Shown piece after piece: positions 38,991 to 50,700 of a stretch of DNA of 64,000 nt. Positions within the stretch are counted from its first letter, which is position 1. Each line of letters begins with the position of its first letter. Source of the DNA: a virus; the IMG/VR virus record IMGVR_UViG_3300037419_000317; one strand, given 5' to 3'. The position numbers were made by a program, and so were the translations under genes. The notes beneath the pieces are model-generated. The model was not told the DNA's origin. It ran no database searches and saw only the letters and a list, made by a program, of their open reading frames with translations.

Positions 38991-41900
38991 ATGGCATTAG
39001 AAGCTAGTTCACTACAAGTTGTTGTTTCTGGAGCAGGTATTGTAGAAACAACCAAAGCGCTTTTAGACCTCGCTGCGGCTGGCGATAAAGCCGAACAGTC
39101 TTCCACTAAGCTTGCCAAGACCTCTCAAGATTCTTCGAAAGCTCAAGTAGACGCGGCACAAGAAGCAGCTTCTAAATTCAATGCAATCATCGATATGATG
39201 ACAGAGAAGGCCAGCACCTTCTATTCTGATAAAGCATTGAAGGCTGCTCAAGCGTCCCAGCAAGAGCTTTTCGAGGGTATGTCTATGATGGATAAGCTAT
39301 ATGCTTATGCTGACCAGACAAGGCAAGTGGAAGCTGCTGCGCGAGCCAAACAGACAGCAGATGTTTTGGCACAACAACAGAAGCAAATGGATGCGGCAAT
39401 TGCTAGGTATGCTGCTGAGCAAGAGCTTGCCAATAGTATGAATGCCATTTACGACAAACGCAAAGCTTCGAGCCTAGAAGACGATCATGCTGCTGCAATT
39501 ATTGAGAATCAGGCGCGTGCTTGGAAGGCTCTAGGGCAGGCACAAGCAGAAGCATTGGCAATCAATGCCCGTATGGATGCTGCTTCAAAAGAGCTAAGGG
39601 CTGATGCAGACGCTTTCGTTGCATCGTTAAAGCGTCAAGCGGAGACTGTGGGATTGACTACGAAAGAGCTTCGAGAGTATACCGCAGAGCAACAGCGCGC
39701 AAAAGCAGCGCAGCTTGGCGTCACTCAACAGGTAGATGGGTACATCCAGAGCATTAAGAACGCAAAAGGGCCGCACGAGTCTTTCAACCTGCTTACAGCG
39801 GGTTCTGCACGAGAGTTGATGGTGTTGGGGCACGAATTGAGTCAAGGGCAGTTTCAACGTTTTGGCGGGTCTCTTATCGTGCTTGGTGAGCGTATTAACT
39901 TCCTTCCTAGTCTGTTGGAGAAAGCAGCCGCTGCTGCTGCTTCGTTAGGAATGAGTCTAGGATTGTTTGTCACGGTTATTGCAGCCGCTGTGGCGGCTGT
40001 AGCTACGTTCATCTTGGCAATTTCTAAAGGTGCAGCAGAGCAGCGAGCTTTTAACAACGCACTTATTTTGACAGGTAATTTTGCAGGCACCACCGGGGAT
40101 AACCTGAATCAAATGGCTAAGGATGTTGGTGTGGCTGCTGGAAGTATTGGCGACGCTAAAAAGGTTGTCCTTGAACTTGCAAATTCGGGCAAATTTACAG
40201 CAGAGCAAATTGGATTTATTGCACCAGCTATTGCGGAGGTAGCACACGTTACTGGAAAATCTGGTACAGAGATGGCAAAGCAATTTGAGCAAATTGCTAC
40301 AATGGCTATCACTTCCTCTAAACGCTCTACTGATGTAATCTCGCAGCACGTACTAAAGCTGAATGACCAATATCACTTCCTTACAGCGTCCCAATTTGAG
40401 CATATTTCCATGCTTGAAAAAGAGGGGAATGCACAAGAGGCCGCAAATGAAGCGGAGAAAGCTTATGCTAATGCTCTCAAAGAGCGTGCAGAAGAAATAA
40501 AGTCGAACCTTGGAACGATCCAAACTGTCTGGATGAACATTAAAGAGACAGCAGGAGAGGCTTGGGATGCAATGCTAGGGATCGGTAAGAAGTCCACAGC
40601 ACAAGATATAATCGACAACTATAAGTCTATGCTTGAACACATGGACAATCAGCCGGGGTGGATATCGGGCAATGGTACAAGCTGGGGACAGAAGAGTTTT
40701 GATGAATCTCGTCTACGTATTGTACAAGCACTTACGGCGGCTGTTATAGAGAAAAACAATGCTGATGCGAAAGCAATTCAACAAGGCAAGGATCAGCAGA
40801 CACAACAAGAAGGCATGCATGCCATTGCAAGAACAATAGCTGTTGAGCGCCAAGTATCTAAGCAGTCGGCTCTTGAATTGGCCCTTGCAGAAGAAAAGAC
40901 TAACAACGCGCTTGCAAAACAGGCTATTGCACTTGATAAGGCTTCTGGAAATTGGGAGAGGATGGAAGCTGCCAAAAAAGCCGAAGCAATGTACACAGAC
41001 GAGGCCATCGCAAAGCGCAATAAGGACATCACTGATTATTACTCCAAGAAACAACCCAAGCCTAAATCTGAAGGTTTGGCAGGAGTGAATAACGAAATTG
41101 CTGAAATCAACGAAGTATATGATGTCCAGAAGCACGCAATGGATAATCAAATCAAGCTTATTGATTTCAAGAAGCAATATGGCCTGATGTCGGAGGAAGA
41201 TGCTCAATCTCAGAAGGCAGCAATGCTGGATCAGGAATTAGTTCTGGAAAAAGAACACTTGCAAAAAGCTATTGATGCAATTGACAATTTCCATACTAAA
41301 GACGTTCGCCTAGCATTAGACGCAGCAACCAAAAAGAGTAATCTGCAAAAACAGCTTAATAAGATTAATGATGACATTGCGCTAAAGCAGCAAGAGAACG
41401 CTCTTGTACCTGACATTGCCTACGCGGCTGCTATGCAAAAAGCGCAGGATGATGCGGACAGAACTCTTAAGGTGATTGAGAGGCAAACCAAAGAAGTTCA
41501 AGCACAAGTTGATGCCTACAACAACCTTCCTGAATCTGTAAAAGCAGCGGGAATCTCTCAAAAACAAATGGCGAGTGAGATTGAGCAAGCTAAAATTGAT
41601 ACGCTTCAAGCCGAAAGAGATTCCTTGAAAACTAATGACTTGCTTGAGCAGGCCATGAATTCGACAAGGATTAGGCAGATTGACGCAGAGATTGAGGCAC
41701 GTAAAAAGCTCAAAGAGGTGGACCAAAATAGGGAGGCCAACGAAAAAAGGAATTCTGAGGCAATCAACCTCCCAGCAGCAATGAGGGCGCAAGCGGCTGA
41801 ACAAGTGAAATTGTGGAAGGATGCTGGAAACGAAATTCAGAAATCCCTAACACAAGCATTTGGCGCTGCCGGTAAAGCGGCTGGAGAGATGTTTAAAGCA

Positions 41901-44900
41901 TTCTCTGAAGGACAAGCTAATCAGATTGACTTAAGTGAGAAAATTGCTGAAGCAAAGCTTCGTGAAAGCCGCACAGGAATTGACGAAACAAAGACGATCA
42001 CTGCCTTGCAAAACCAACAGGAGCAGAATCAACTGGTGATGTATGCCAACATGGCAAATGGCGCTTCTGAATTTTTCGATAAGCAATCTAAGGGATACAG
42101 AATCATGCAGTCTGTATCGCAGGCTTATCACTTGGCTGAGATGGCACAAGCCCTTGCAAGCATTCCTGTAAAGCTTGCTGCTGGTGCTGCTACGATGTTT
42201 GAGCAAGGGGGCTTTGCAGGCTTCGCTGGAGTTGCCGCGATGACAGCCCTTGTTGCAGGTTTCGGTGTTGCCATCAGCGGTGGAAGTGGCGCTAACGTAG
42301 CTGCTAAACAACAAGCCCAACAAGGCACAGGCTCTGTTCTTGGAGATAGTAAAGCTAAAAGCGACAGTATTGCGAAGTCTATCTCTATCCTTGAAAAGAA
42401 CAGCGGGTTGGGTCTTGCTCAAGGCGACACCATGCTTGGGTACATGAAGAATGTATCTGACAATATCTCCAACTTCGCTGCTATGGTGGTTAAGGCCACT
42501 GGTATCAATGGAGTCACACCGGCCAATACAAGCACACCTCTTGGGGGAAAACTAGGTCTTGGTCTAGGAGCCATTGCTGGTGGCGTTGGTGGCGCTGCTG
42601 TTGGCACTAATATTGGTATGGCTGTTGGCTCTATTGGTGGCCCTCTCGGCATGGCAATTGGCGCTGTCCTTGGAACCATTGTTGGTGGTGTTGTAGCAAA
42701 GCTTGGTGGAACTAAAACTTCTATCAACGATCAAGGTATCACGGCTGGCCCAATGTCTCTTGCAGATATCCAAAAGAACGGTTTGAATGCAAGCTCCTAC
42801 ATGGACGTACATACAAGCTCTTTTTGGGGATTGAGCCAATCTAACAAGACTACAACACAAGCCCTCTCTGCTGATGTCAACAAGCAGTTCTCTCTGGTTA
42901 TCACAAGTCTCGCTGACACTGTTAAAGCAGCAGCTACCGCCCTTGGCGTGTGTGGCGATGACTTCTCGAAGAAGCTAGAAGGCTTTGTTGTGGACATTGG
43001 TAACATCTCCACTAAGGGATTATCTGGAGATGAGGCACAGAAACAAATTGCTGCTGTGTTCTCCAAGGTCGGTGACGATATGGCGCAATACGGCCTGTCT
43101 GGATTTGAGAAGTTCCAGAAGGTAGGAGAGGGCTACCTTGAAACGATCAGCCGTGTTGCCAATGATTTCTTGCAAGTGAAGGATGTGTTCGCAGTTCTTG
43201 GTAAATCCTTAAATGCTGTTGGCGTAGATGCTGCAAATGTTTCCGAAGGATTGATTACTGCTGCTGGTGGCTTGGATAACTTGACAAAAGGTACAAAGAC
43301 TTTTGTTACAGGATTTCTGACAAACGCACAGCAAATTGCTCCGATTGCAAAATCTGTAAATGACCAACTCGCAACTATGGGATTGTCTTGGGTGCAAACT
43401 CGGGAGCAATTTGCTCAAGTTGTACAAGGACTCGACCTCACTACAGAAGCTGGACAAAATGAATATGCTTCGCTAATTAACTTGGCAGACGCATTTGCTA
43501 AGACCCATGCGGCTATTCAGGATACAACTCTCACTGTACAACAGATTGCAGACCAACGCAAGAGCTTGATGGACGAGTTGAACAGTCTTACTCTGACAAA
43601 TGTACAACTGTTGCAGCAACAACGTGCCGCAATCGATCAAAGTAATCTTGCTTTGTATGACCAAGTACAGACAATGAAGAGTATGCAGTCGGATTCTTCT
43701 GCGGGACTGAGCAATGTGGATGACGCATTTAGCGTATTACAAGATATGGTGAATGCACAGAAAGCCTCTTTGCAAAATGCTTTCAAGTTAGAGCAGAAGC
43801 AAATTCAAGATAAGATTGACCTTGAGACTACCGCGAATCAAAAGCTTAAAACTCTTGCCTCTAATCTTCAGTCTGCACTGGATAGCATGAAACCTGCGGT
43901 GATTGCACAAGATGTTTCCAAAGCAATCCGTATGCAGGCGCAACAGCAGCTTCGAGATGCATTGATATTGTTTAGAAGCGGTGGAACCCCTGATGCAGAC
44001 TCGTTGAAGAATCCGCTAAGTATCGCCACAAGCGACGCTACAAGTATGTTCTCCAACGCTGTAGATTATCAGAGGGATTTTTACCGCACTCAGAATACGA
44101 TTTCTGATCTGGCTAAGTATGGAAATGCAGCAGCATCTACAAGCGATAAGATTTTAAAAACTCTTAATGATCAAAAAGATGCTTCTCAGGCATCTTTTGA
44201 TTCAGCTAATCAGAGTTTGGATGACACTGTGAAATTTGCTCAAGAGCAGATCAAGCAGTTAAAGGGACAGTCTGCCAGCCTTCTCAGTATTGACCAAGCA
44301 ATGAAAGGTCTTGCTCTGGCTCTTGCAGGTGCTTCGGCAAATCCGCTTACATCTGGCACAGCAGCAGTTAATCAAACGTATCAGACCGCACTTGGCAGGG
44401 CACCGGACGCAGCAGGGCTCGCGTATTGGCAGCAGCAAATTCTTAAGGGTACATCTATCACAGATATTCAGAGTGCTATCAGTAATTCTTCTGAGGCTCA
44501 GATTCAAACTCTGTATAAGAATCTGCTTGGGCGTGATGTGGACCCTGCGGGATTGAATTTCTGGAACAAGGCAATGAGCAGTGGTATGGATATCTCGGCT
44601 GTTGCTCAAGCTATCCGTTCTAGTCCTGAGTATACCAGTAAGCTGCCTAGTTTCGATGTGGGTATTAATAACGTTCCTTATGATATGACAGCTAAAATTC
44701 ATGCAGGAGAACGTATCATGCCTAAAGCGGATAATCTGGAACTTATGCAGCGCCTGAAGAGTCCACAAGCAAATGCTGAAGCTCTTAGTAATGAGGTTGT
44801 GAATTTGAGAGAAGAAATTGCGTCACTCAAAGAAACGATTCGTACAGGAGATGTGGCTAACGTACAGCAGACTAAAGAAGTTGTGAAGTACCTGAAGCGT

Positions 44901-44945
44901 TGGGATACGGACGGCCAGCCTGAAGTTCGCAACGTTGATAATTAA
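38991..44945 (+). CDS. tail tape measure protein (1984 aa)
   Basis: Follows the G/GT pair. Long Ala/Gln/Lys-rich helical regions. Gly-rich hydrophobic segments (GGFAGFAGVAAMTALVAGFGVAISGG; GLGLGAIAGGVGGAAVG...). Two DUF4214-like repeats near the C-terminus. Confidence 0.9.
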   Translation: MALEASSLQVVVSGAGIVETTKALLDLAAAGDKAEQSSTKLAKTSQDSSKAQVDAAQEAASKFNAIIDMMTEKASTFYSDKALKAAQASQQELFEGMSMMDKLYAYADQTRQVEAAARAKQTADVLAQQQKQMDAAIARYAAEQELANSMNAIYDKRKASSLEDDHAAAIIENQARAWKALGQAQAEALAINARMDAASKELRADADAFVASLKRQAETVGLTTKELREYTAEQQRAKAAQLGVTQQVDGYIQSIKNAKGPHESFNLLTAGSARELMVLGHELSQGQFQRFGGSLIVLGERINFLPSLLEKAAAAAASLGMSLGLFVTVIAAAVAAVATFILAISKGAAEQRAFNNALILTGNFAGTTGDNLNQMAKDVGVAAGSIGDAKKVVLELANSGKFTAEQIGFIAPAIAEVAHVTGKSGTEMAKQFEQIATMAITSSKRSTDVISQHVLKLNDQYHFLTASQFEHISMLEKEGNAQEAANEAEKAYANALKERAEEIKSNLGTIQTVWMNIKETAGEAWDAMLGIGKKSTAQDIIDNYKSMLEHMDNQPGWISGNGTSWGQKSFDESRLRIVQALTAAVIEKNNADAKAIQQGKDQQTQQEGMHAIARTIAVERQVSKQSALELALAEEKTNNALAKQAIALDKASGNWERMEAAKKAEAMYTDEAIAKRNKDITDYYSKKQPKPKSEGLAGVNNEIAEINEVYDVQKHAMDNQIKLIDFKKQYGLMSEEDAQSQKAAMLDQELVLEKEHLQKAIDAIDNFHTKDVRLALDAATKKSNLQKQLNKINDDIALKQQENALVPDIAYAAAMQKAQDDADRTLKVIERQTKEVQAQVDAYNNLPESVKAAGISQKQMASEIEQAKIDTLQAERDSLKTNDLLEQAMNSTRIRQIDAEIEARKKLKEVDQNREANEKRNSEAINLPAAMRAQAAEQVKLWKDAGNEIQKSLTQAFGAAGKAAGEMFKAFSEGQANQIDLSEKIAEAKLRESRTGIDETKTITALQNQQEQNQLVMYANMANGASEFFDKQSKGYRIMQSVSQAYHLAEMAQALASIPVKLAAGAATMFEQGGFAGFAGVAAMTALVAGFGVAISGGSGANVAAKQQAQQGTGSVLGDSKAKSDSIAKSISILEKNSGLGLAQGDTMLGYMKNVSDNISNFAAMVVKATGINGVTPANTSTPLGGKLGLGLGAIAGGVGGAAVGTNIGMAVGSIGGPLGMAIGAVLGTIVGGVVAKLGGTKTSINDQGITAGPMSLADIQKNGLNASSYMDVHTSSFWGLSQSNKTTTQALSADVNKQFSLVITSLADTVKAAATALGVCGDDFSKKLEGFVVDIGNISTKGLSGDEAQKQIAAVFSKVGDDMAQYGLSGFEKFQKVGEGYLETISRVANDFLQVKDVFAVLGKSLNAVGVDAANVSEGLITAAGGLDNLTKGTKTFVTGFLTNAQQIAPIAKSVNDQLATMGLSWVQTREQFAQVVQGLDLTTEAGQNEYASLINLADAFAKTHAAIQDTTLTVQQIADQRKSLMDELNSLTLTNVQLLQQQRAAIDQSNLALYDQVQTMKSMQSDSSAGLSNVDDAFSVLQDMVNAQKASLQNAFKLEQKQIQDKIDLETTANQKLKTLASNLQSALDSMKPAVIAQDVSKAIRMQAQQQLRDALILFRSGGTPDADSLKNPLSIATSDATSMFSNAVDYQRDFYRTQNTISDLAKYGNAAASTSDKILKTLNDQKDASQASFDSANQSLDDTVKFAQEQIKQLKGQSASLLSIDQAMKGLALALAGASANPLTSGTAAVNQTYQTALGRAPDAAGLAYWQQQILKGTSITDIQSAISNSSEAQIQTLYKNLLGRDVDPAGLNFWNKAMSSGMDISAVAQAIRSSPEYTSKLPSFDVGINNVPYDMTAKIHAGERIMPKADNLELMQRLKSPQANAEALSNEVVNLREEIASLKETIRTGDVANVQQTKEVVKYLKRWDTDGQPEVRNVDN

Positions 44946-44996
44946 AACATGGGAGAGGGAGCTTAAAAACTCCCTCCTTCCTTATAAGGAATAACA

Positions 44997-46148
44997 ATGA
45001 GGATTGTCCAACCCATTCAAATTACAGATTCTAATTTTGTAAGCAGCACAGTGCTTGAAAATGACTATCCTGCTTATTCAAATACAACAGGCTATACACT
45101 TGGTCAAAAAGTAATCCTTACAAGTGTCCATAAAATTTATGAGTCTTTAAGGGGAGGCTCCAGCACAGTAAGCATTTCGTTTGCGAACCCTACGGTTATC
45201 GGGTGGGTTGCACACGGACTACCGAGCGGTGCGCCTGTCACATTTACCACAACAGGGGCACTACCGGCAGGTCTCACCGTAGGGGCGACATACTATGTTG
45301 TGAATCCCTCTGCTGATACTTTTAATGTTGCCGCTACACTTGGTGGAACTGCTATTGCAACAACATCAGCAGGCTCTGGTACACACACTTGTGCTGACTC
45401 CACTAACATTGGCAATAATCCGCTTACAAGCCCTACGTACTGGCTAGACTGCGGAAATACAAACAGGTGGTGTGTATTTGATAACAAGGTACAAAGCCAA
45501 ACAACAGCAACAAGCACCCTATCTTTTACTATTTCGGCAGCGTCTTATGTTGATACTGTAGCTCTTCTTAATCTTGCAGGGAGTACCGCAAGGGTTCAAG
45601 TAAAGCATGCAGCAGACGGTGTTGTGTATGACCAGACAATAAATATCACAACAGATGCCGAGCCAGTAATTGATTGGTGGACATATTTTCTTAATGGTTT
45701 CCGATATCAAAAAGATATTCTTTTTACAGGAATTCCTCTGTATGCCAATACCACAATTACAGTAACGGTTTCTGGAGCAGGTACTGTAGCGGTCGGAACC
45801 GCGGTCTATGGGCAGGCAATAGACATCTCTTGCACTGGTAAAGGTGTAGAGCACGGAGCAAAAGTTGGTATCACAGACTACTCTGTTAAAACAACGGACG
45901 CTTTTGGTAACTACATTATTACTGAAAGAGCATTTGCCAAGCGTGCAAACTATACAGTGTACATAGATAATACAGATATTGACTACGTAGATAATCTGCT
46001 AAGCGATGTTAGGGCAGTTCCAACTTTGTATATTGGTGGCTCTAAATACGCAGCAATGATTATTTACGGGTACTATAAAACATGGGAAATTGATATCTCA
46101 TACCCCGATGTGAGCGTCTGTACAATCGAAATTGATGGATTAACGTAA
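44997..46148 (+). CDS. tail tip/baseplate structural protein (383 aa)
   Basis: AAGGAA SD. First gene after the tape measure. Confidence 0.55.
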   Translation: MRIVQPIQITDSNFVSSTVLENDYPAYSNTTGYTLGQKVILTSVHKIYESLRGGSSTVSISFANPTVIGWVAHGLPSGAPVTFTTTGALPAGLTVGATYYVVNPSADTFNVAATLGGTAIATTSAGSGTHTCADSTNIGNNPLTSPTYWLDCGNTNRWCVFDNKVQSQTTATSTLSFTISAASYVDTVALLNLAGSTARVQVKHAADGVVYDQTINITTDAEPVIDWWTYFLNGFRYQKDILFTGIPLYANTTITVTVSGAGTVAVGTAVYGQAIDISCTGKGVEHGAKVGITDYSVKTTDAFGNYIITERAFAKRANYTVYIDNTDIDYVDNLLSDVRAVPTLYIGGSKYAAMIIYGYYKTWEIDISYPDVSVCTIEIDGLT

Positions 46149-46160
46149 CAAGGAATTAAA

Positions 46161-47276
46161 ATGACAATTAACACTATTGATCCTCTACCGTCAGCACCTA
46201 GTAGGGCAGACCCCACTAATTTCCCAGCAAAGGGCGATGCCCTTATGTCAGCACTTGTGAATGTGTTTGTGCCTGAAATGAACACTTCTATTACTCAGAT
46301 GAATGCTACGCAAGCTGCTACTGATACAGATGCAGCTACAGCCACTTCCTCTGCTGTCAGTGCTAACGCTGCTGCAAACACTGTATCAGCTACAGCGAAA
46401 GCTGTGGCGTGGGTAAGCGGTAATACATACCAACTTACCGACTGCGCTATTAGCCAGATTAATTTCCAGACCTACCGTAAGAAGACTACCTCTACAGCTA
46501 ACACTGGAGGCGCTACTGATCCCGCAAACGACAGTACAAATTGGGTTTCGTTGAATCCAAACACGCAGATGGTGAGAGTGGTGCGCACTTCCAACACTGC
46601 ACTGGCACTAGCAGACACACAAAAATTTTTCGACCTGAGCACCACATTCACTCAGACGTTCAATGCAGCTTCTACGCTTGGTGGCGGGTGGTATTGCATT
46701 CTCCGTAACAGTGGTACAGGCTACATCACTCTTGACCCCAACGCTTCTGAGCTTATTGATGGAGTTACTACGATCACGATGATGCCGGGAGAGGTCAGAA
46801 TTATTCAGTGTGATGGTACTGCTTTTACTTCTCTGCTGATTAACACCGAAGGTTATTTTTATGCTCGTGAGGAGCAGGCTAGTGGTATTAGCTCCGTGGA
46901 CACATCTGCCGGAGGAGTCACATTCACTAGGACATTGAATACAGTTAAGGCTAACACCATGAACGCCAGCCTGTCCTCCAATGTGATTACTCTTCAACCC
47001 GGAACATATCGTTGCAAAATTAAAGCCCCTGCCGGTGCTACACAACATCAGGCATTTCTGCTTAACAGCACCGACAGTGTGAACGCATTGATTGGGTCTG
47101 CCGAAGGCAGTACAAACAGTGTATCTTCATTTGTATCAGGGATTTTTACGATTACTTCCCAAAAAAACTTTGCTGTTCGTCACTACACTGGTTCGAACGG
47201 ACTGGTTATGGGGACTGGTATATCAAGTGGACAGGTACAAGTATTCACTGAAATTGAACTTTGGAAGATTGCATAA
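46161..47276 (+). CDS. tail fibre-like protein (371 aa)
   Basis: AAGGAA SD. The N-terminal IDPLPSAPSRADPTNFPAKGDALMSAL pattern is typical of phage fibre N-termini. Ala/Thr-rich linker. Confidence 0.55.
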   Translation: MTINTIDPLPSAPSRADPTNFPAKGDALMSALVNVFVPEMNTSITQMNATQAATDTDAATATSSAVSANAAANTVSATAKAVAWVSGNTYQLTDCAISQINFQTYRKKTTSTANTGGATDPANDSTNWVSLNPNTQMVRVVRTSNTALALADTQKFFDLSTTFTQTFNAASTLGGGWYCILRNSGTGYITLDPNASELIDGVTTITMMPGEVRIIQCDGTAFTSLLINTEGYFYAREEQASGISSVDTSAGGVTFTRTLNTVKANTMNASLSSNVITLQPGTYRCKIKAPAGATQHQAFLLNSTDSVNALIGSAEGSTNSVSSFVSGIFTITSQKNFAVRHYTGSNGLVMGTGISSGQVQVFTEIELWKIA

Positions 47277-47287
47277 AGGAGTATGAC

Positions 47288-47716
47288 ATGATCTACGTAA
47301 CATACGACAAAAATACAGGCAACCTTACAGGAGCTTATATTCAGGATTTGCTGCCAGAGCATGAAGATTGCTATGTTGAAGTGGCTCTTGAACAACACGA
47401 TAACTGGACTGGCCTCAAATTCAATCTAGACACGCAAGAACTTGAAGTATACACACCGCCTCCCGCCGCTCCGGTTGTGCCTGTGCAGGTAACAATGCGT
47501 CAAGCGCGACTTGCACTTCTTGCTCACAACATGCTGAGCCAGATTGATACAGCGATTGCATCACTTCCCAGCCCTCAAAAAGAAGAGGCTCAGATTGAAT
47601 GGGACTACTCTTCAACAGTGGTAAGAGATAGGGAACTTGTAGTGATGATTGGACAGGCACTAGGACTTTCTAGTTCTGATCTTGACGCCCTGTTCATCGA
47701 AGCAGCAGAACTCTAA
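47288..47716 (+). CDS. hypothetical protein, possible fibre assembly factor (142 aa)
   Basis: AAGGAG SD. Internal ATG of track ORF 47261-47716. Lies between two fibre genes. Confidence 0.5.
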   Translation: MIYVTYDKNTGNLTGAYIQDLLPEHEDCYVEVALEQHDNWTGLKFNLDTQELEVYTPPPAAPVVPVQVTMRQARLALLAHNMLSQIDTAIASLPSPQKEEAQIEWDYSSTVVRDRELVVMIGQALGLSSSDLDALFIEAAEL

Positions 47717-47737
47717 TTATAATAGGAACTCTACCAA

Positions 47738-50700
47738 ATGACAGCATACTACATTGATCCGTCAGCAGCGACAAATGGGACAGGCACAAGTGCCTCTCCC
47801 TACAACACTTGGACTGGTGTCCCTGTAGGTGCTGGCTATCAATACTTCCAAAAGCGGGGAACATCTTGGACAGGGACGTTCCCTGTGCTAACAGCAGGGA
47901 CGAGCGGGAACCTGACGTTGGTCTCTTCGTACTACAACGCTGACGGCAGCGACGATACTACACAAGCTAAGCCAATTTTGAATCTTGGGGACAGTCAGTT
48001 GCAGATCGACAGCTTTATGAAGATGACCAACATGGACGTTCGCAACAGCCGGGTAACAATGGCTGGTACGATGCCTGCAATCTTCTTCAAGGGTGGTGCA
48101 ACGGATAGCGAAGTAAGTAGCTGTACCGTGACATCTAACCTTGCTGGTATCGGTGCTTACGGCTCTAGCCGAATCACCATCGCTAATAACATTATTACAG
48201 CAGCCACAGCAACGAGCCTTAGTTCCAACTTGGCTCAGGGCATCTTCCTCAACAACTCAGTAAGCTGCGACAGCGTAACGATTACTGGCAACACTATCTA
48301 CCTCGGCACGACAGGAACACAGGTACGCGGTATTTATTGTATTACGAACGGCCCCGGTTTCGGGCTGACTAACCTGCTGGTTAAGAGCAATACGATTACT
48401 TTGATCGCTGGCAGCGCCGCTCTTGCAAGCGATAGCACTTCGCACTTCGGTGTATCGGTCACGTACGCTATTTCTCCGGAGATTAGTTATAACACTATTA
48501 CCAGCTTGTCGCTTGGTATGGTTATCTCGACTGGATGCTCTAATCCGTGGGTACACCACAACACTTGCAACTACAACGGCAGTAAGTTTTATGGCGGGAT
48601 TTTGGTAACGTCCACTACCATTGGTTCACTTGTGGAGTGGAATACTTGCCGTCACAATGTAAGTTATGGAATTTTGGTAGACAATACCAACGATGCGAAT
48701 ATTACACGATTCAACGACTGTTCATTGACTCAATTGGATGGTAGTGGGATTGCCAACTATGTTTTCAAATGTGTTGTGTACGGCAACACGTTGTATAAAA
48801 ACGGCGGTGCAGGCATTGTAGTAGGCAGCACCGGATGGGATGACACTGGTGGTCGCATTATCACAGGTAACTACCTGATTCAAAATACGACAGACCAGTA
48901 TGGATCGAGCCAGATTAAGCTTAACAACATTGTAGGTACTCGAAGTGTAGTGAGCAATAACCTGTTCGTTGGTGGCAAAGGAGGTATCAACGAATCCTCG
49001 TGCTCGAATATCGAGAAGTCAGACAATATCTTCCTGAGTCAGAGCCAATTTGCCATCGCAACAGTGCCTCAGTACGTACGCAATAGCATTGGTAGTTACT
49101 ACGATTTCCAAGGCATTCTTCGCAACGCTGACATTGGAGTAACACGATCCAATTATAATCCAGCTAACTTGTCTACAGGTTACACAACATTGCTGGAGAA
49201 TAGCACTACTAACCTGCTAACCTACAGTGACAACTTTGCTAAGTGGCTACCAAACGGAGACGTGTCTACGTTTAATTACGGGATTTCCCCAGATGGAAGC
49301 AAGACGAGTTGTCTGGTCGCATCCGGCTCTAGGTATAATCCAGCCAACATGGCTATCGGAAGCACCTACACCTATTCTCTACACGTTAAAAAGGGGACAG
49401 GGCTTAGTGTGAATTTGTACATCGATGGCACTACAACGCTGCTGAGTACATTTACGTTTAGCTCAGAATTGTTCAGCGGGACATCAGCCGGATGCACTAC
49501 GCAGATGACAAAACTGGTTAATGGTTGGTATCGCCTAGCTCTAACTTTCACTGCACCGCAAGCTAGTAAGAACTTCCACATCTTCCCTGTAAGTGGCTCT
49601 GTAGAGTTTTGGGGAGCACAGCTTGAGGTTGGAACAGTGGCGACAAGTTACATTCCGTCTCCTACTAAGTTTGTTTCTCGTGCGTCTGCTAAGAGCTACT
49701 ACGGTCAGGGTGGAATTCTACGTTACGCCGGGAACGATCAGGCTGCATACGATTACGATCCATCTACTGTGCGGTATGAGAATTTGGTGTTGTGGAGTGA
49801 GGATTTGGGGCCGTGGACACGCAGCGCATCGTCTAGCTTGAGTCCTGACGCAACGACTGCGCCAGATGGGACTGTTAGTGCAGACTTGCTAACAAACACA
49901 ACAGGGGGTGACTTCGTATCCGGTTTTAATGCTGTTCCACTGAATGTGGTTTCTGGGGCAGGGTACACTGCATCAGTGTATGTAAAGGCAGGGACATCCT
50001 CTAAGTTTGACCTTCGCGTTATTAGTGGAACCACAGATGTCACAGCATCAGCAAACTTGTCCAACGGTACATTGACTGGTGGTAGTGGGTCAGTTATTTC
50101 GGCTGGAGCAGGATGGTACAGAGTAATACTGCCTTTCACAGCACAAACTGTAACGGCAAATATTTACGTGTACCCTAGAGGCCAATTTGCAAGCGGCACA
50201 GCAGGGGGTGTGTATATTTGGGGCGCACAAGTTAATAGTGGTAGTACAGCCCTAGAATACGCAAAGACTACTGACACAGCCAAGCCCAAAACGTATATGG
50301 ACAAAGGGTTTAGCGTTGAGGCAGCAGGGACTAACCTTTATAGCTACAGCGGACAGTTTGACAATGCCGTATGGAGCAAGTCTGCAACATCTATCACTCC
50401 CAACGCAACAATCGGTCCTAATGGTGCAACTGTCGCAGCATTTTTGAGGGAAGATTCTACAACCGCCGCACACGAGATTAGAACGCCAAGTGTTTCTCTC
50501 ACTGCTGGCACTACTTACACGCAGTCTGTGTTTGCAAAAGCAGGCTCTCGTAGGTATTTGCGAGTTGGTTTTTCTAGCGTTTTCGGTGGAAGCAACAACT
50601 ACGCTGTGTTTGATCTTCAAGTTGGAAGTGTTGCATTTACTGGAAGTGGAATTGCAAGCACTGCAATTCAGGCGGTTGCCAACGGTTTTTATAGGTGCTC

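Noticed and set aside
39063-44932. Numerous antisense and alternative-frame track ORFs inside the tape measure gene. The same applies inside the fibre gene (48257-51031), the portal, MCP, nrdA and nrdB.
   Set aside because: They are embedded in long, well-supported genes, lack ribosome-binding sites and have low-complexity composition.
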